Shown here: positions 22,244 to 32,568 of the stretch, one piece after another | Layout of the letters: every line of letters starts with the position of its first letter | Position numbering within the stretch: position 1 is the first letter of the stretch | Assembly (NCBI GenBank): GCA_036630325.1 | Contig: CP142729.1 | Location: forward strand, 310,001 to 374,000 | DNA length: 64,000 nucleotides | Source of the DNA: Vairimorpha necatrix | Taxonomy: Eukaryota | Reading direction: 5' to 3' | The notes under the pieces: model-generated | The model's input: the letters and a program-made list of their open reading frames with translations, nothing else | The model's database searches: none | Told to the model about the DNA's origin: nothing | Translations under genes and position numbers: made by a program

Positions 22244-22984
22244 TTATTTGATCTTCTTATTTGGCTTCTTTTTCTTGATAATATTCCCTCTATTAGTATT
22301 CTTATTTATCTCCTCAATAATCCGCTCTACAAAATCCTTCTTCTCATTTTCTTTATCTTTCTCTATCCCTTCCATAATCTTCTTCTTTTCTTTCTCAAAT
22401 CTCTTCTCTGATTCCTCAGGAATATCTTTAAAAATACCAAAAAACTCATTTATAAACTCTTCATCCCCTAAATACTCAATATCTGTCTCTAAATACACCA
22501 CACTCCCTTCTGTAACATTTTTATCTTCTGTCCAATACGAACAGTAAAAATTATCCACTTTGTATTTATTACAAAACCCAACAATCTCTTGTGAAATATT
22601 TCCATAATAAGTGTAATTTTTAGTTTTAGTAATAGTAAAATATTTACGGGCGAAATGTTTATTAACATTTCTAACATTATTAATATAAAAATTGGGAGTT
22701 TTGTAATTTAAAAAAGATTTGAAGATCAATTTGTCAGTTTGGTCAGTGAAAAATAACTGGGTGAGACAGAAATCCTTTTTAAGTGTAATTATAGTGTACA
22801 TTAAATTGAAAATTGAATTGTTTTTTGAGAGGATTATGGATTGGTAGATTGAAGGGTAAAGGACTAAATTGTGAGAGAAGTTTGATTGGAGGAAAGAAGA
22901 AGTTTGAAGAATTTTTTGACGGGTTTGTCTTTTACGAAAGAAAAAATAGGCAGAAATGATAATTATAAGACAAGGGAGCCACAT
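22244..22984 (-). CDS. single-pass membrane protein, possibly CCDC47/DUF1682-like
   Basis: N-terminal TM, globular middle, charged coiled-coil tail ending in a Lys-rich stretch; CCC motif before the ATG. The CDS is well supported; the family call is weak. Confidence 0.5.
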   Translation of the reverse strand: MWLPCLIIIISAYFFFRKRQTRQKILQTSSFLQSNFSHNLVLYPSIYQSIILSKNNSIFNLMYTIITLKKDFCLTQLFFTDQTDKLIFKSFLNYKTPNFYINNVRNVNKHFARKYFTITKTKNYTYYGNISQEIVGFCNKYKVDNFYCSYWTEDKNVTEGSVVYLETDIEYLGDEEFINEFFGIFKDIPEESEKRFEKEKKKIMEGIEKDKENEKKDFVERIIEEINKNTNRGNIIKKKKPNKKIK

Positions 22985-23183
22985 TTAGGGGGTAAGTGAA
23001 AAATAGTTTAACAACATATAAAATTAGTACAATAAGAAGAAAAAAGGTCAAAAATTATTTATAGCAAATATTAAATATACTTGTATGTAACAAATATTAA
23101 TATATACTTATATGTAACAAATATTAATATATACTTTATTGTAATATTTACTTATATGTAATATTTTTAAATCGCATTTTTAT

Positions 23184-23834
23184 TTATAAATCTTTCTCTT
23201 CACTCTGCTTAGATGATAATTTACTTTTTAATGTTTGCATCACTGATTTCAAGGCACTCTCGAAATCTTCTTCTTCTTCTGCTTTAGTTTCTTCTTTAGT
23301 TTCTTCGTTTTTTGATTCATTTTCATTTTCTTCTAAATAATGTATAATTTCACAACTAATTTTCTCTCCTATAAAACTCCCATATATTTTATACACAAGC
23401 GACGACGCTTCACCACTAAAATATTTCTCAATTTTAGTTTCATCCTCACCCAACACAAATATAACTTGTGTCTTTTTACTAATATCACCATTAGTATAAT
23501 AAAAACATACATTCTTATTCTCAATTTTCAACTCGTCAAACTGGCCAAGACTTTTTAATTCATTATTAATTTGTATCTTGAAATATTCAAATGGTTTGAT
23601 TAAATACACAGAATTGTTCTTTTCAATTCTTAATTCGTCCATGTTCATCAGATTATTAATTTGTTGGGAGATTGGTAAAGGTTTGTAAACATCTTTGGAT
23701 TTTTGGGAATAAAAAACTAGATTGTTTTTTTTTGTAATGAAATGGAATTTGGAAGTGTCAGAGGATTTGGAAAGTTTGTTGAGTTTGTAGGAAACGAGAG
23801 CAAAGATGTGGATTGTGAAGAATAAAAAGAGCAT
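23184..23834 (-). CDS. putative ER-luminal protein, possibly a degenerate MRH (Yos9/glucosidase II beta-like) domain
   Basis: Signal peptide MLFLFFTIHIFA; YYTNGD...TQVIF segment; C-terminal EKDL resembles a KDEL retrieval signal. The family call is weak. Confidence 0.5.
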   Translation of the reverse strand: MLFLFFTIHIFALVSYKLNKLSKSSDTSKFHFITKKNNLVFYSQKSKDVYKPLPISQQINNLMNMDELRIEKNNSVYLIKPFEYFKIQINNELKSLGQFDELKIENKNVCFYYTNGDISKKTQVIFVLGEDETKIEKYFSGEASSLVYKIYGSFIGEKISCEIIHYLEENENESKNEETKEETKAEEEEDFESALKSVMQTLKSKLSSKQSEEKDL

Positions 23835-24818
23835 TTTTGAGGGGTATAAAAAAATAAGATATTAATATTTAAACTAAAATAATTACATGTATGAAATAGG
23901 CAAATGATATAAATTAGAAATAAAAAAATAAAGGAAGAAGAATATTTAAAAAGATTTTTAAGGATATTTTTTAGATGTATTAAGGACAGAATAAACACAA
24001 ATATGTACATGCCAGACAAGAACTATGCCAATTTTTTACAAACATTTCCTTCTTATATTATCATTCTATGCTAAAAAACTCAGAATGATATATCAAATTA
24101 AAGCTAAGAGGTTTTTTTTTAAAAATATACAAATACTTAACTGTGCAATATTGATTTTTAGAAAATAAAATTTTTTCTTAGAATATAAAAAGATTCCATT
24201 TTATAGGTAGAATTTAAAGAAGAAATTATAATTTTCAAGAACACCTTAAGTACCATTTAAATAAAGAAGAAATATAAAAGTCAATGAACCGCAGTGAATC
24301 TTCATATATCTATTTATAACACTCATTTGCTAGATATTAAAGGCTTAAACATTTTTTTACTACTTTTTGTGGAGGTTAAAAAGTTCTAAAAAAACATTTC
24401 TTACGATATTTTATAGCTTACGTTACAAAAATAACATTTAAAATATGATTATTTATATACACACTTATACTACCAAATTAAATTATTGAATTCAATTTAT
24501 TCTTAAATCTCCAAATTGAGCACTAAACACTATATTTAGTACGACCCAGCGAAAAAATGGAGCAAAAAATGGAGCAAAAAATTAAAAAAAAATTTATATA
24601 ATAATTAGATAAAATATCTATAAGTCTACAAAAGTATTAAAAACGTCCAAGTCTTTTAAGGACTGTGCTAAGTTCTACGAGTATTTGTCCAGTTTTATTA
24701 TCATATTTATTAGATATATTAAAAAAAACCAGAATAGTAGTAAAAACGTATAAGCCTTCATTAAAAATCGATCCTGTAAATAAATTTTATTTTTATGAAT
24801 CTTAGATTAATTAAAAAT

Positions 24819-25130
24819 TATTAAAAGAAATTGTATAAAAAATAAATGATTGAGCCAGAAAATTTTTAAACATTAGAAAAAAAAAATTGTATAAAAATCA
24901 TTTTTATTAAAGAAATTGTATAAAAAATAAATGATTGAGCCAGAAAATTTCTAAACATTAGAAAAAAAAATTGTATAAAAATCATTTTTATTAAAGAAAT
25001 TGTATAAAAAATAAATGATTGAGCCAGAAAATTTCTAAACATTAGAAAAAAAAATTGTATAAAAATCATTTTTATTAAAGAAATTGTATAAAAAATAAAT
25101 GATTGAACCAGAAAATTTCTAAACATTAGG
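24819..25130. repeat. 84-bp tandem repeat, ~3.7 near-identical copies
   Basis: gagccagaaa/gaaccagaaa anchor at 24852, 24937, 25021 and 25105 (spacing 85, 84, 84). Confidence 0.95.
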
Positions 25131-25149
25131 AAAAAATTTTATTGGTATT

Positions 25150-25503
25150 TTATCCGATTACTCCGCGTATATGATCATAATTTCTTGATAAAGATCTAAA
25201 ATTATCTTTTTCTACACTATCATTTTTATTATTAATACTTTCTATTCTCTTATAATTCCTAATATGTACCTTTTCTTTGCAATCAATATCATTCTCATTG
25301 CTAACCAACTTAGTATAATTGTTATCTCCAAAATCATGATAATTATTTTTGCTTTCTTTAAAAATAAATGGTATCATTCTGCTAAATCTATTGTCTCGTT
25401 TCGTATTTTTGGTATCAGTCAGAAAATTATCGACTAAAATGTTTTCAGTGGTGTCTGTTAGTGTTGTTGTAAAACAAAGATTTAATAAATAAAAAAATAT
25501 CAT
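25150..25503 (-). CDS. small secreted hypothetical protein
   Basis: cacccc-ATG; signal-like MIFFYLLNLCFT; 117 aa. Confidence 0.7.
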   Translation of the reverse strand: MIFFYLLNLCFTTTLTDTTENILVDNFLTDTKNTKRDNRFSRMIPFIFKESKNNYHDFGDNNYTKLVSNENDIDCKEKVHIRNYKRIESINNKNDSVEKDNFRSLSRNYDHIRGVIG

Positions 25504-27070
25504 GGGGTGAAATTTGAGGGGTTTTTATACTCAATTCTAATGAAGAGGTTTTGAAAGAAAATATTGCAGTAAATATATATAAAAGTGTTAATACTCAACG
25601 AATATTTAATTCGGAATTTTTAATAATTATTTTTTTTTGTAAAATAATCATTTAAGATATCTGATAGTATTAACGTGATATAATTATAAATTACAAAAGA
25701 ATAATATTGTACAAGATTGATTCGTTTAATTTTATTTTTCTTATACTTTATCATATCCTATACAAAAAGGAGAAATTACTGATAAGATTGTCTTTTTTGA
25801 TTTTTTACTAATAATCATTGCAAAAATATCTTTTATCAATTTACCTACTATATACCTAGCTAGAAAAAAAATTGATTTTAAATGATAATTTACTTTGAAT
25901 TGTTTGATAATTGGATTCTAATTATAAATCACAATTTATAATTATGCATTTATGATAAGAAATAGCATATGATACATTTCAAGTATATGAAAAATAATAT
26001 ATTTTGATATTAACAATCGACTTGCAAACCAGTTTAGGGTAGAATTATAATCTAGGTAGTAAGAAATATAGTTATTAAGTATGAATTAATTTTATTCATT
26101 AAGAAAGCTAAAAACCCGTAAAATCAGAATATCTGTAATTGGTTGTATATAAACAATATTCAGTTAGCAATCTAATTCATTTTATTGTACGAAGTTATAT
26201 ATAAAACTTAAAATTTATAAAGTCTTTAATAAAATTATACTTAATCAATCAATTCATTTAGAAAAAAAATTTAACTTTCTATTTAACATAATTGTGTTGT
26301 ATTTTAGCTATAAAATCTAAACAAAAAAAAACAAATTGGTTATATGTGCAAAGATAATGCATTAAATTATATATATGGCGTTTTCAGGAGACAACAAACA
26401 ACAAATAAAAGCCTTTTATCAGTTAAATTATGCTTTAAAATAGTAAAAGAATATTTGCATCATATGTTTATGATTTTAAACTGCCAAATCTCACATTATT
26501 TCCCCGAGAAATAATGAAATGAAAATTTTAATGTAGTTTTATAAAATAGAGTATGAAAGATAGTATTGAAAAATATTTAAGAATGTACTGTGCTTATTAT
26601 TATAACTAAACATTTTATAATTATAAAATATGTAAATAAAAAATAACAATAAATTTTTACCCATTCAGAATACGGGATTACAACTAAAAAATTGAACATT
26701 GATCAAATTTTAATAGAAAACGTATACGTCATGTTAAGGATCAAAATAGTAGAAATCTGCAATGGTCACAGAAAGTAAAAATTTAAAAAACAAATAAGAT
26801 TAATCGAACATTCTACGTAATTATATCATCCAATAGGTTTTTTTTAATAATATTAAAATTAGAAATATATTTATTTAATAAAAAGATGATTTTTAAAATT
26901 TCATATTTTGCATATTTTTAATACTGTCAAATATTAGAAAAATTGTGTCAAGATTAAAAATTCTGAATACAGAAAAATAAAGGAGAAATAAAAAAATAAA
27001 GGAGAAATTTTGAAAATCTTATAAAAAATGTTTTTTACATATAAAATTAATTATTTATTTAATCCCTTTT

Positions 27071-30000
27071 ATGAAAATATCTCAGAACAATGAAGCTCTC
27101 TTAGACTATCTAGATATTCAAGGACGAAAAATAACATGGATAGGAAAAATTTATAAATTTTTATGTGTAATAACTTTGGGTATTTTACACATTATTTGTG
27201 GCATATTCCCAAATATAAAAATCTTTCTGATATCCAAAGAATGTAAATTGAAATATTCTGACTGTGTTTTAATATTTAACAAATATAAAAAGGTCGATTT
27301 TAGATATCTTAAATATTACAATATACCAAAAAACACAGATTTACAAAAATATCGTAGCCTTTTAAATTATATAAAAGACTATAAAGTCAAAGTTTTAGAC
27401 ACAGAATATGGAAGATTTATTTATAATCATAAACAAGATAGATTTGTAATATCAAAATTTTTTTTTAATGAAAAAACCAAATTACAAAATATTTTTGATA
27501 ATAAAATAAAACAAACAGACGAAGAAGAAAATATTGAAATATTTTGTAAAGATATTTTATATGGGAAAAATCATTATAATCTTAGGCTTAATTCATATTT
27601 GGATATTTTCATTGAAAATACATGTAACTTAACGGTTTTTATTAATATTTTTTGTACAATTTTATATATAAAAATTGATTACAAAATCTACGCATTTATT
27701 GTTTCTTTGATATTTTTTTATGGGCATTTTCAACAAATTTATACTGAAATTAATATAAAAAAAAATTTAGAAAATTCCCAAAATTCTAAATATGTCATGA
27801 CGTTTAGGAATAAAAAATTTACTTCTGTAAATACAAGTGATTTGTATCCTGGCGATTTGATTTGTATAAATCCCTGTAAGGAACTTTTTTGTGACGCTGT
27901 GCTTTTAAAAGGAGATGTCATCACTGATGAATCCTTTTTAACAGGGGAAAGTGTGCCAATTTGCAAGTCATCAAGTCAAAGAAGCGTGATTTACTCCGGG
28001 ACTAGTATTTTAAGAAGTATTAATGTACCAAATAATAGCGAAGATACAAATTCCGAATCTTTACAGAGAGTTTTAAATCTTTTATCTTTAAATACGCCGA
28101 GCAATTTAGCCGATTTTGCATTAGGAGTAGTCGTAGGTACTGGATTTAATACTTTAAGAGGGAAAATAATGAAAGACATTATAAATCCGAAACCCGTACA
28201 TATAGATTTTTTAATAGCGGCTTATGAAAGTATAAAACATCTGGCCGTGGCTTCGTTTTTGGGGTCGTGTTTACTTTTTTATTATTTAAAAATTCATTTA
28301 TTATGGGATACAAGCCAGTGTTGGACGTATGCTCTTGATCTATTTTTTTCTCTTGCATCTCCCACTCTGTACGCTTCGTTAAATATCGGAATGCAAATAT
28401 CAAATATAAATTTAAAAAGAGAAAACATTTCTTGTTTGAATTTAGAGCGAATTTATTTGGGAGGCAATGTAGAAGTCGCTATATTTGATAAAACGGGTAC
28501 TTTGACCAGTGATGGTATGGAACTTATTCTTATTGACAATTGTGTAAAAATTATGAAAAATATTAAAGAAGTTGATGAAATAACGCGAATCGGACTAAGT
28601 GCTTGCCATTCAGTCTACGAATTAGAAGGAAAATATTCAGGAGATACTTTAGATTTGGAAATGTTAATTTTCTCTGAATCGAAACTAAAATATGACAATA
28701 ATAATGTTAGAAAAATTTATATAGGTATAGACAACGAAATACAAGGACCATTTCTAAAAGAATTTGACAATGAAAACGAAGTTTTATTCTATAAAGATAA
28801 AGTCGGCGATGACGAAATTATAGACTATAAAATAGATAATGATAAAAATATGAAAGAAGAAAAAGGCGTTGAAGAAACACTATTTAATAAGGAGATCACA
28901 ATTTTAGAGACAGAAGATTTCACTTCTGAGTCACGAATGATGTCAGTTATTGTATTTGATGGCAAGAAAAAAATTTATTTTTGCAAAGGATCTCCTGATA
29001 AAATTGGATCAATGATAAAAAACAAGCCAGAATTTTATGACGACAATGTACGCGATCATTCATTGAATGGATACCGTGTGTTGGCCATGGCATATAAAGA
29101 TTTATCAAACAATGAAGATTTGAAATTTCTATGTTTTATAGTATTTTCAAATAAACTTAAACCAGAATCTTGTCACGTCATTAAAGATCTGCGCAGTGCG
29201 GAAATTTTAACGAACGTCTGTACTGGTGACAATATTTTGACTGCTATTTCTGTAAGTAGAGAATGTGGAATTATCGATGAAAATACTACAGTTATATTTC
29301 CAGTTATAGATGATAAATGTAAAACTATTTATGATGTAGAATGGGTTTGTTTTGGGGATGGAGATATATATTTTGACAAAGCAAAGTTAGAAGTTTATAA
29401 AAATAATTATAAAGAATTTTCAGATGATTTTGTCGTTGCATGCGAGGGTGCAACTTATGAATTTTTTTATAAAACTCATTATAAAAATTTTATTTTAGAA
29501 AAAGGTAGAGTTTTTGCGCGATTTTCGCCCGCACAGAAAAAAAGTCTTGTTGAAGATTATAGAAATTTAAATAAAAATGTTTTATTTTGCGGAGATGGGG
29601 CGAATGACAGTGGTGCTATAGCAACGGCCGATGTAGGAATAGCTTTGGCTCAAAATGAAGCGAGTCTCGCATCAAGTTTTTGTGCCGCTAATATTGATGC
29701 TGTACCCCTTCTTATTAAAGAATGTAGAAATGCTTATGCGACCTCTCTAGGTAGATACAAATTTGTGGTCATAACAAATTTTCTTGTTTATTTTAATTTG
29801 CTTTTTTTGGTAATCAGGAATAAGTTTTTTACGGATTTCCAATCGCTTTATTTGGATATCATTCTAATTTTCAGCATTTCTTACTACTTAACTAATTTCA
29901 AAAGATCAAAGTCACTAAGTGTTAAAAAACCAAACGGATCATATTCTCAATTATCACTTATAAGAAACCTTATACATACTTCTCCTATGATATTATCTAA

Positions 30001-30358
30001 TCTTTTAATTAATTTACTAGAAAACTCTTACCAAACTTTGAAAAAATCTTCTAAATCTGGTACATACATTTTTTTTATAAACAGTTTTCAGAATATTTTT
30101 ATTGGATTGATGGTTTCAGACTGCGCTCCTTTTAGAGAGGGAATATTGGCAAATAGGAAATTTTTATTTGTGTCGTGTTTACTCGGTTTTTTTAATTTTT
30201 TATTGCTTACAATGTCATTCATGTGTCCAAAGATGCTACAAGAATATTTAGAATTTGAAAAAAATAATATCTATGATTTTATTATTATTACCTCTATAAT
30301 AATACTCAATGGATTATTTTGTCTTTCGGTCTATACATTTAATAAGTTAAAAAAATAA
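27071..30358 (+). CDS. P5(B)-type P-type ATPase, paralog 2
   Basis: Same catalytic motifs as paralog 1, with long identical blocks (e.g. GDGANDSGAIATADVGIALA, PLLIKECRNAY); ccctttt-ATG. Confidence 0.92.
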   Translation: MKISQNNEALLDYLDIQGRKITWIGKIYKFLCVITLGILHIICGIFPNIKIFLISKECKLKYSDCVLIFNKYKKVDFRYLKYYNIPKNTDLQKYRSLLNYIKDYKVKVLDTEYGRFIYNHKQDRFVISKFFFNEKTKLQNIFDNKIKQTDEEENIEIFCKDILYGKNHYNLRLNSYLDIFIENTCNLTVFINIFCTILYIKIDYKIYAFIVSLIFFYGHFQQIYTEINIKKNLENSQNSKYVMTFRNKKFTSVNTSDLYPGDLICINPCKELFCDAVLLKGDVITDESFLTGESVPICKSSSQRSVIYSGTSILRSINVPNNSEDTNSESLQRVLNLLSLNTPSNLADFALGVVVGTGFNTLRGKIMKDIINPKPVHIDFLIAAYESIKHLAVASFLGSCLLFYYLKIHLLWDTSQCWTYALDLFFSLASPTLYASLNIGMQISNINLKRENISCLNLERIYLGGNVEVAIFDKTGTLTSDGMELILIDNCVKIMKNIKEVDEITRIGLSACHSVYELEGKYSGDTLDLEMLIFSESKLKYDNNNVRKIYIGIDNEIQGPFLKEFDNENEVLFYKDKVGDDEIIDYKIDNDKNMKEEKGVEETLFNKEITILETEDFTSESRMMSVIVFDGKKKIYFCKGSPDKIGSMIKNKPEFYDDNVRDHSLNGYRVLAMAYKDLSNNEDLKFLCFIVFSNKLKPESCHVIKDLRSAEILTNVCTGDNILTAISVSRECGIIDENTTVIFPVIDDKCKTIYDVEWVCFGDGDIYFDKAKLEVYKNNYKEFSDDFVVACEGATYEFFYKTHYKNFILEKGRVFARFSPAQKKSLVEDYRNLNKNVLFCGDGANDSGAIATADVGIALAQNEASLASSFCAANIDAVPLLIKECRNAYATSLGRYKFVVITNFLVYFNLLFLVIRNKFFTDFQSLYLDIILIFSISYYLTNFKRSKSLSVKKPNGSYSQLSLIRNLIHTSPMILSNLLINLLENSYQTLKKSSKSGTYIFFINSFQNIFIGLMVSDCAPFREGILANRKFLFVSCLLGFFNFLLLTMSFMCPKMLQEYLEFEKNNIYDFIIITSIIILNGLFCLSVYTFNKLKK

Positions 30359-30625
30359 ACAAAAAATTGGTTTATTAAAAATTATGTTTATGGTAATCAT
30401 CTATCATCTTTTAATAGTATGTAATGTAGTTAAGCATTCTTTATTTGTTTGTTTTTATGCAACGTCATTAATGGCGTGTGTGTATATTGATACGTCATTG
30501 TTATGCTAGTAGAATTTGCACAAACTATTACTATAAATTTGACAAAATGCTGCAATACTTCAATAAAAATTAAATTTAAAGTATAACGCCTATTTTAATA
30601 TAAATAGAAAATGTATATTATCCCC

Positions 30626-31732
30626 ATGAAAAAGTTTTTTCAAGCTATTGGAAATTTATCTTTTAGGTTTTTTCACATAATGTTGTCTAAAGATAAAGAT
30701 TGTATAAAAAATCAAGCTATATCGCCGTACTCCTTTTCTCATGTATTTGGTATTCTTGCTAATTGTGTAGACAACGAGACACAGAAGCAAATGTTAAATA
30801 TACTTGGATTTCCAAATGATATCGATGAGTATAATAAGAATTCGAAGGACTGTTACGACTTGATAGTGTCAGGCAGTAAAGAGAACAAAGAAAATTTTCT
30901 GGTTAAAAATTTTATATTCTACAGAAATGATGTCAAAATTAGGGAAATCATCAGAAATGACTTTTTTAATACAAAATTAGTCTCATTCGATCCAAGCAAT
31001 ATAAAACAAGAAATTGTAAATTTTAATAATTTGATTTCAAAAGTTACCTACGGTAATATCCAGAATGCTTTGGACACACTTTCTCCAGATATTCCTTTGT
31101 TAATAATGAATGTTTTACACATAGATTTGACTTGGGTAAACATATTTAGGAATAGTGGACTTAAAAAATTTAAAAAATTAAATGGGGACACTGTTAAACA
31201 AATTATGATGCATCAAATTTCAGATTTTGATACATATGAAGACGAGAAGAAAATTGCTATTAAAATGCCATACAAATATTCGAATTTGAGTTTTGTTGCT
31301 GTTATGCCAAAAAATTTATTAGATTGGGAATTAGATTCTGTAAATAATTTCTCCGAAGATTCTTTCAACGACATTATTTCGAAAATGACTCGTAAAATAG
31401 TCAATTTAAGTTTTCCTAAGTTTAAATATGAGTATAGTATTAATTTCGATGAGCATATTAAGGATTTTGAACTAGATATTATACTTAAAAATCTAAAGTT
31501 GGATAAAACAAATGATATTACAATTAAGCAAAAAGTGGTTATTGATGTTAATATGAATGGCGCAATAGCGTCTGCCGTAGGGTTATTACATTTTATGGAT
31601 TCAGGAAGAGTCCCTAAAGTAACATACTCGTTTGATCAACCGTTTTTCTGGTTTATTGCACGTCATTCTGAGGACAAACAAACCAACACTCCTATCTTTA
31701 TGGGAAAATTTTTAGGGAATAGTTTAAATTAA
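30626..31732 (+). CDS. serpin (serine protease inhibitor fold), no signal peptide
   Basis: ISPYS, N.LHIDLTW, MM.Q, MPYK, FPKFKYE, QKVVIDVNMNG and FDQPFFWFI...PIFMGK serpin signatures; ATG 30626 follows cccc (alternative 30611). Confidence 0.9.
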   Translation: MKKFFQAIGNLSFRFFHIMLSKDKDCIKNQAISPYSFSHVFGILANCVDNETQKQMLNILGFPNDIDEYNKNSKDCYDLIVSGSKENKENFLVKNFIFYRNDVKIREIIRNDFFNTKLVSFDPSNIKQEIVNFNNLISKVTYGNIQNALDTLSPDIPLLIMNVLHIDLTWVNIFRNSGLKKFKKLNGDTVKQIMMHQISDFDTYEDEKKIAIKMPYKYSNLSFVAVMPKNLLDWELDSVNNFSEDSFNDIISKMTRKIVNLSFPKFKYEYSINFDEHIKDFELDIILKNLKLDKTNDITIKQKVVIDVNMNGAIASAVGLLHFMDSGRVPKVTYSFDQPFFWFIARHSEDKQTNTPIFMGKFLGNSLN

Positions 31733-32568
31733 ATTATTTGCAAAAAAATTATTTTATGTTTAAATGTAACAACAAAAAAATTAATATCAACAAATTTCTA
31801 TTGATTAACAATATTTAATATAAAAAATACGATATTCTTCATATGTAACTTTGCTGGTATAACCATAACGAAGAACACATACATGGATTTGAGATGTCAG
31901 CAACAACTTGAAGCATTATTTGATCTATCAATATTGTAAAAAAAACTCGCATGCATATGATGGTTTAAAATATATGCCGGTTATGGTCCGATTTGTTAAC
32001 AAAGAACAATGCTTCGGCCTTTTTTTCATTTACGTTAAAGTCAATTCCGAATTAAAAATAATAAATCTTACTTCAAACAAAATATATATTTATTAAAGAT
32101 ACAAGTATATAACGCTTTAAGAATAATAGAAGCAAAAGGAAGAACAAGTATTGGTAAATTATACAAATTTTGCGCATCAACAAATCAGGAATAATCTCTC
32201 ATTTATCACGTGAAATATCACGGTAACTATTACGATTAAAAGTATAAAAAACGTCAGAGCAAATGTTCGTTTTAAACTTAATTAAATTAAATTTTTAAGG
32301 AACTAAAAGTTCGAATGTACAATTTTCTAGTATTTCTTACCACAGAAAATTTAAAAAGAGCTATTTTCGCAGCTTATATATTTACAATTCAAATTTGGAA
32401 CGGAACGCTTACGCTTTAGGATACATTTAGTTCAAAGATGTGCTATCCCCAAATTAAAATTTGTAGTATGTATAAAGCATAATCGGAAAAGGTGTATTTT
32501 TCTCGTTATTATTAATTTTTTGATAAAAATCTATTTTTTGTATATAGTTTCCACATATCTAAATTAAT

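Noticed and set aside
24819-25130. Regular repeats as a CRISPR array, or the 86-aa ORF as a gene
   Set aside because: No unique spacers (pure tandem duplication), eukaryotic context and no cas genes; the ORF is a by-product of the 84-bp unit
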